Shown in pieces: positions 63,710-64,000 of a stretch of 64,000 bases of DNA; within the stretch, counting starts at the first letter, position 1; every line of letters starts with the position of its first letter. The stretch spans positions 3,934-67,933 of the forward strand of contig CAZYCE010000004.1 of NCBI GenBank assembly GCA_964645605.1, written 5' to 3'. The notes beneath the pieces are model-generated. The model was not told the DNA's origin. It saw only the letters and a program-made list of their open reading frames with translations, and ran no database searches. The position numbers and the translations under genes were made by a program. This DNA comes from an uncultured Gammaproteobacteria bacterium (GTDB taxonomy: Bacteria > Patescibacteriota > Microgenomatia > UBA8517).

Positions 63710-64000
63710 ATGCCGCTAAATCACACCAAAAGATCCCACCGTATAATAAGAAGTTTTGAGGCCGAAGCTCTTAAAAAAAGGCCGTTTATTGTAAAAGTCG
63801 CCGATCTTTTAACGTCCGGGTTTGGGACCGTAACCTTTCTTTTGGGCAATATCATTGTTTACGGAGTTTGGATTTTGATAAATACGGGGAGAGTTCCGGG
63901 TATTCCCGTAATTGACCCTTATCCCTACTCTTTTATGAATTCATTTATCTCAATTGAAGCTATTATCCTCGCCATTATTGTTTTGATGAGTCAAAACCGA
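63710..64000 (+). CDS. DUF1003-like membrane protein, 3'-truncated by the window end
   Basis: FGTVTFLLGNIIVYGVWILINTG...DPYPYSFMNSFISIEAIILAIIVLMSQNR resembles the DUF1003 signature ending ...QNRQ. Confidence 0.45.
   Translation, partial: MPLNHTKRSHRIIRSFEAEALKKRPFIVKVADLLTSGFGTVTFLLGNIIVYGVWILINTGRVPGIPVIDPYPYSFMNSFISIEAIILAIIVLMSQNR

Overview
Gene-dense, AT-rich bacterial chromosome segment of about 64 kb. Genes often overlap by 1-40 nt and are mostly housekeeping. TGA is a stop codon in this genome: folA ends in TGA and long ORFs such as cysS and topA are intact, so the code is standard (table 11). Small genes, tsf followed directly by frr without pyrH, a short ProRS, O-antigen-ligase+TPR and PEGA proteins, and paired MreB genes fit a reduced-genome lineage such as Patescibacteria/CPR. 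That is inference; taxonomy cannot be settled from this window. Recognisable content: a two-component system, cysS, dnaX-ybaB-recR, ybeY, proS, rseP, frr, tsf, rpsB, folD, glyA, a thymidylate/deoxynucleotide cluster (tmk-like, dNK, thyA, folA, MazG-like remnant, P-loop kinase, dCMP deaminase), topA, mrdA, mreB, def, fmt, rpmB, six tRNAs (Tyr, Thr x2, Trp, Arg, Pro), queA, rpmG, gmk, gmd, rpsU, rnhB, secE-nusG-rplKAJL, a mevalonate/isoprenoid cluster (mvk, mvaD, idi, uppS), an ECF sigma factor, a second mreB with a PEGA protein, ndk and an M16 peptidase. The most unusual locus is a minus-strand operon at 43947-48042 encoding a signal-peptide 7TM membrane protein plus three ATP-grasp amidoligases (one RimK-like, one fused to a retropepsin/RimB-like DTGA domain). 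It is flanked by a divergent ABC exporter, an excisionase-type HTH, an S51 (PepE/cyanophycinase-family) peptidase and a decayed IS200-like transposase. Other notable items: a GC-rich in-frame insertion in rnhB, a DprA C-terminal remnant next to topA, a frameshifted MazG-like gene, foreign minus-strand genes inside the secE-nusG-rplKAJL cluster (one a Tat-signal lipoprotein), a UppS with a 170-aa C-terminal extension, a Cys-rich ORF translationally coupled to mvk, and two GC-rich noncoding islands that may be structured RNAs.
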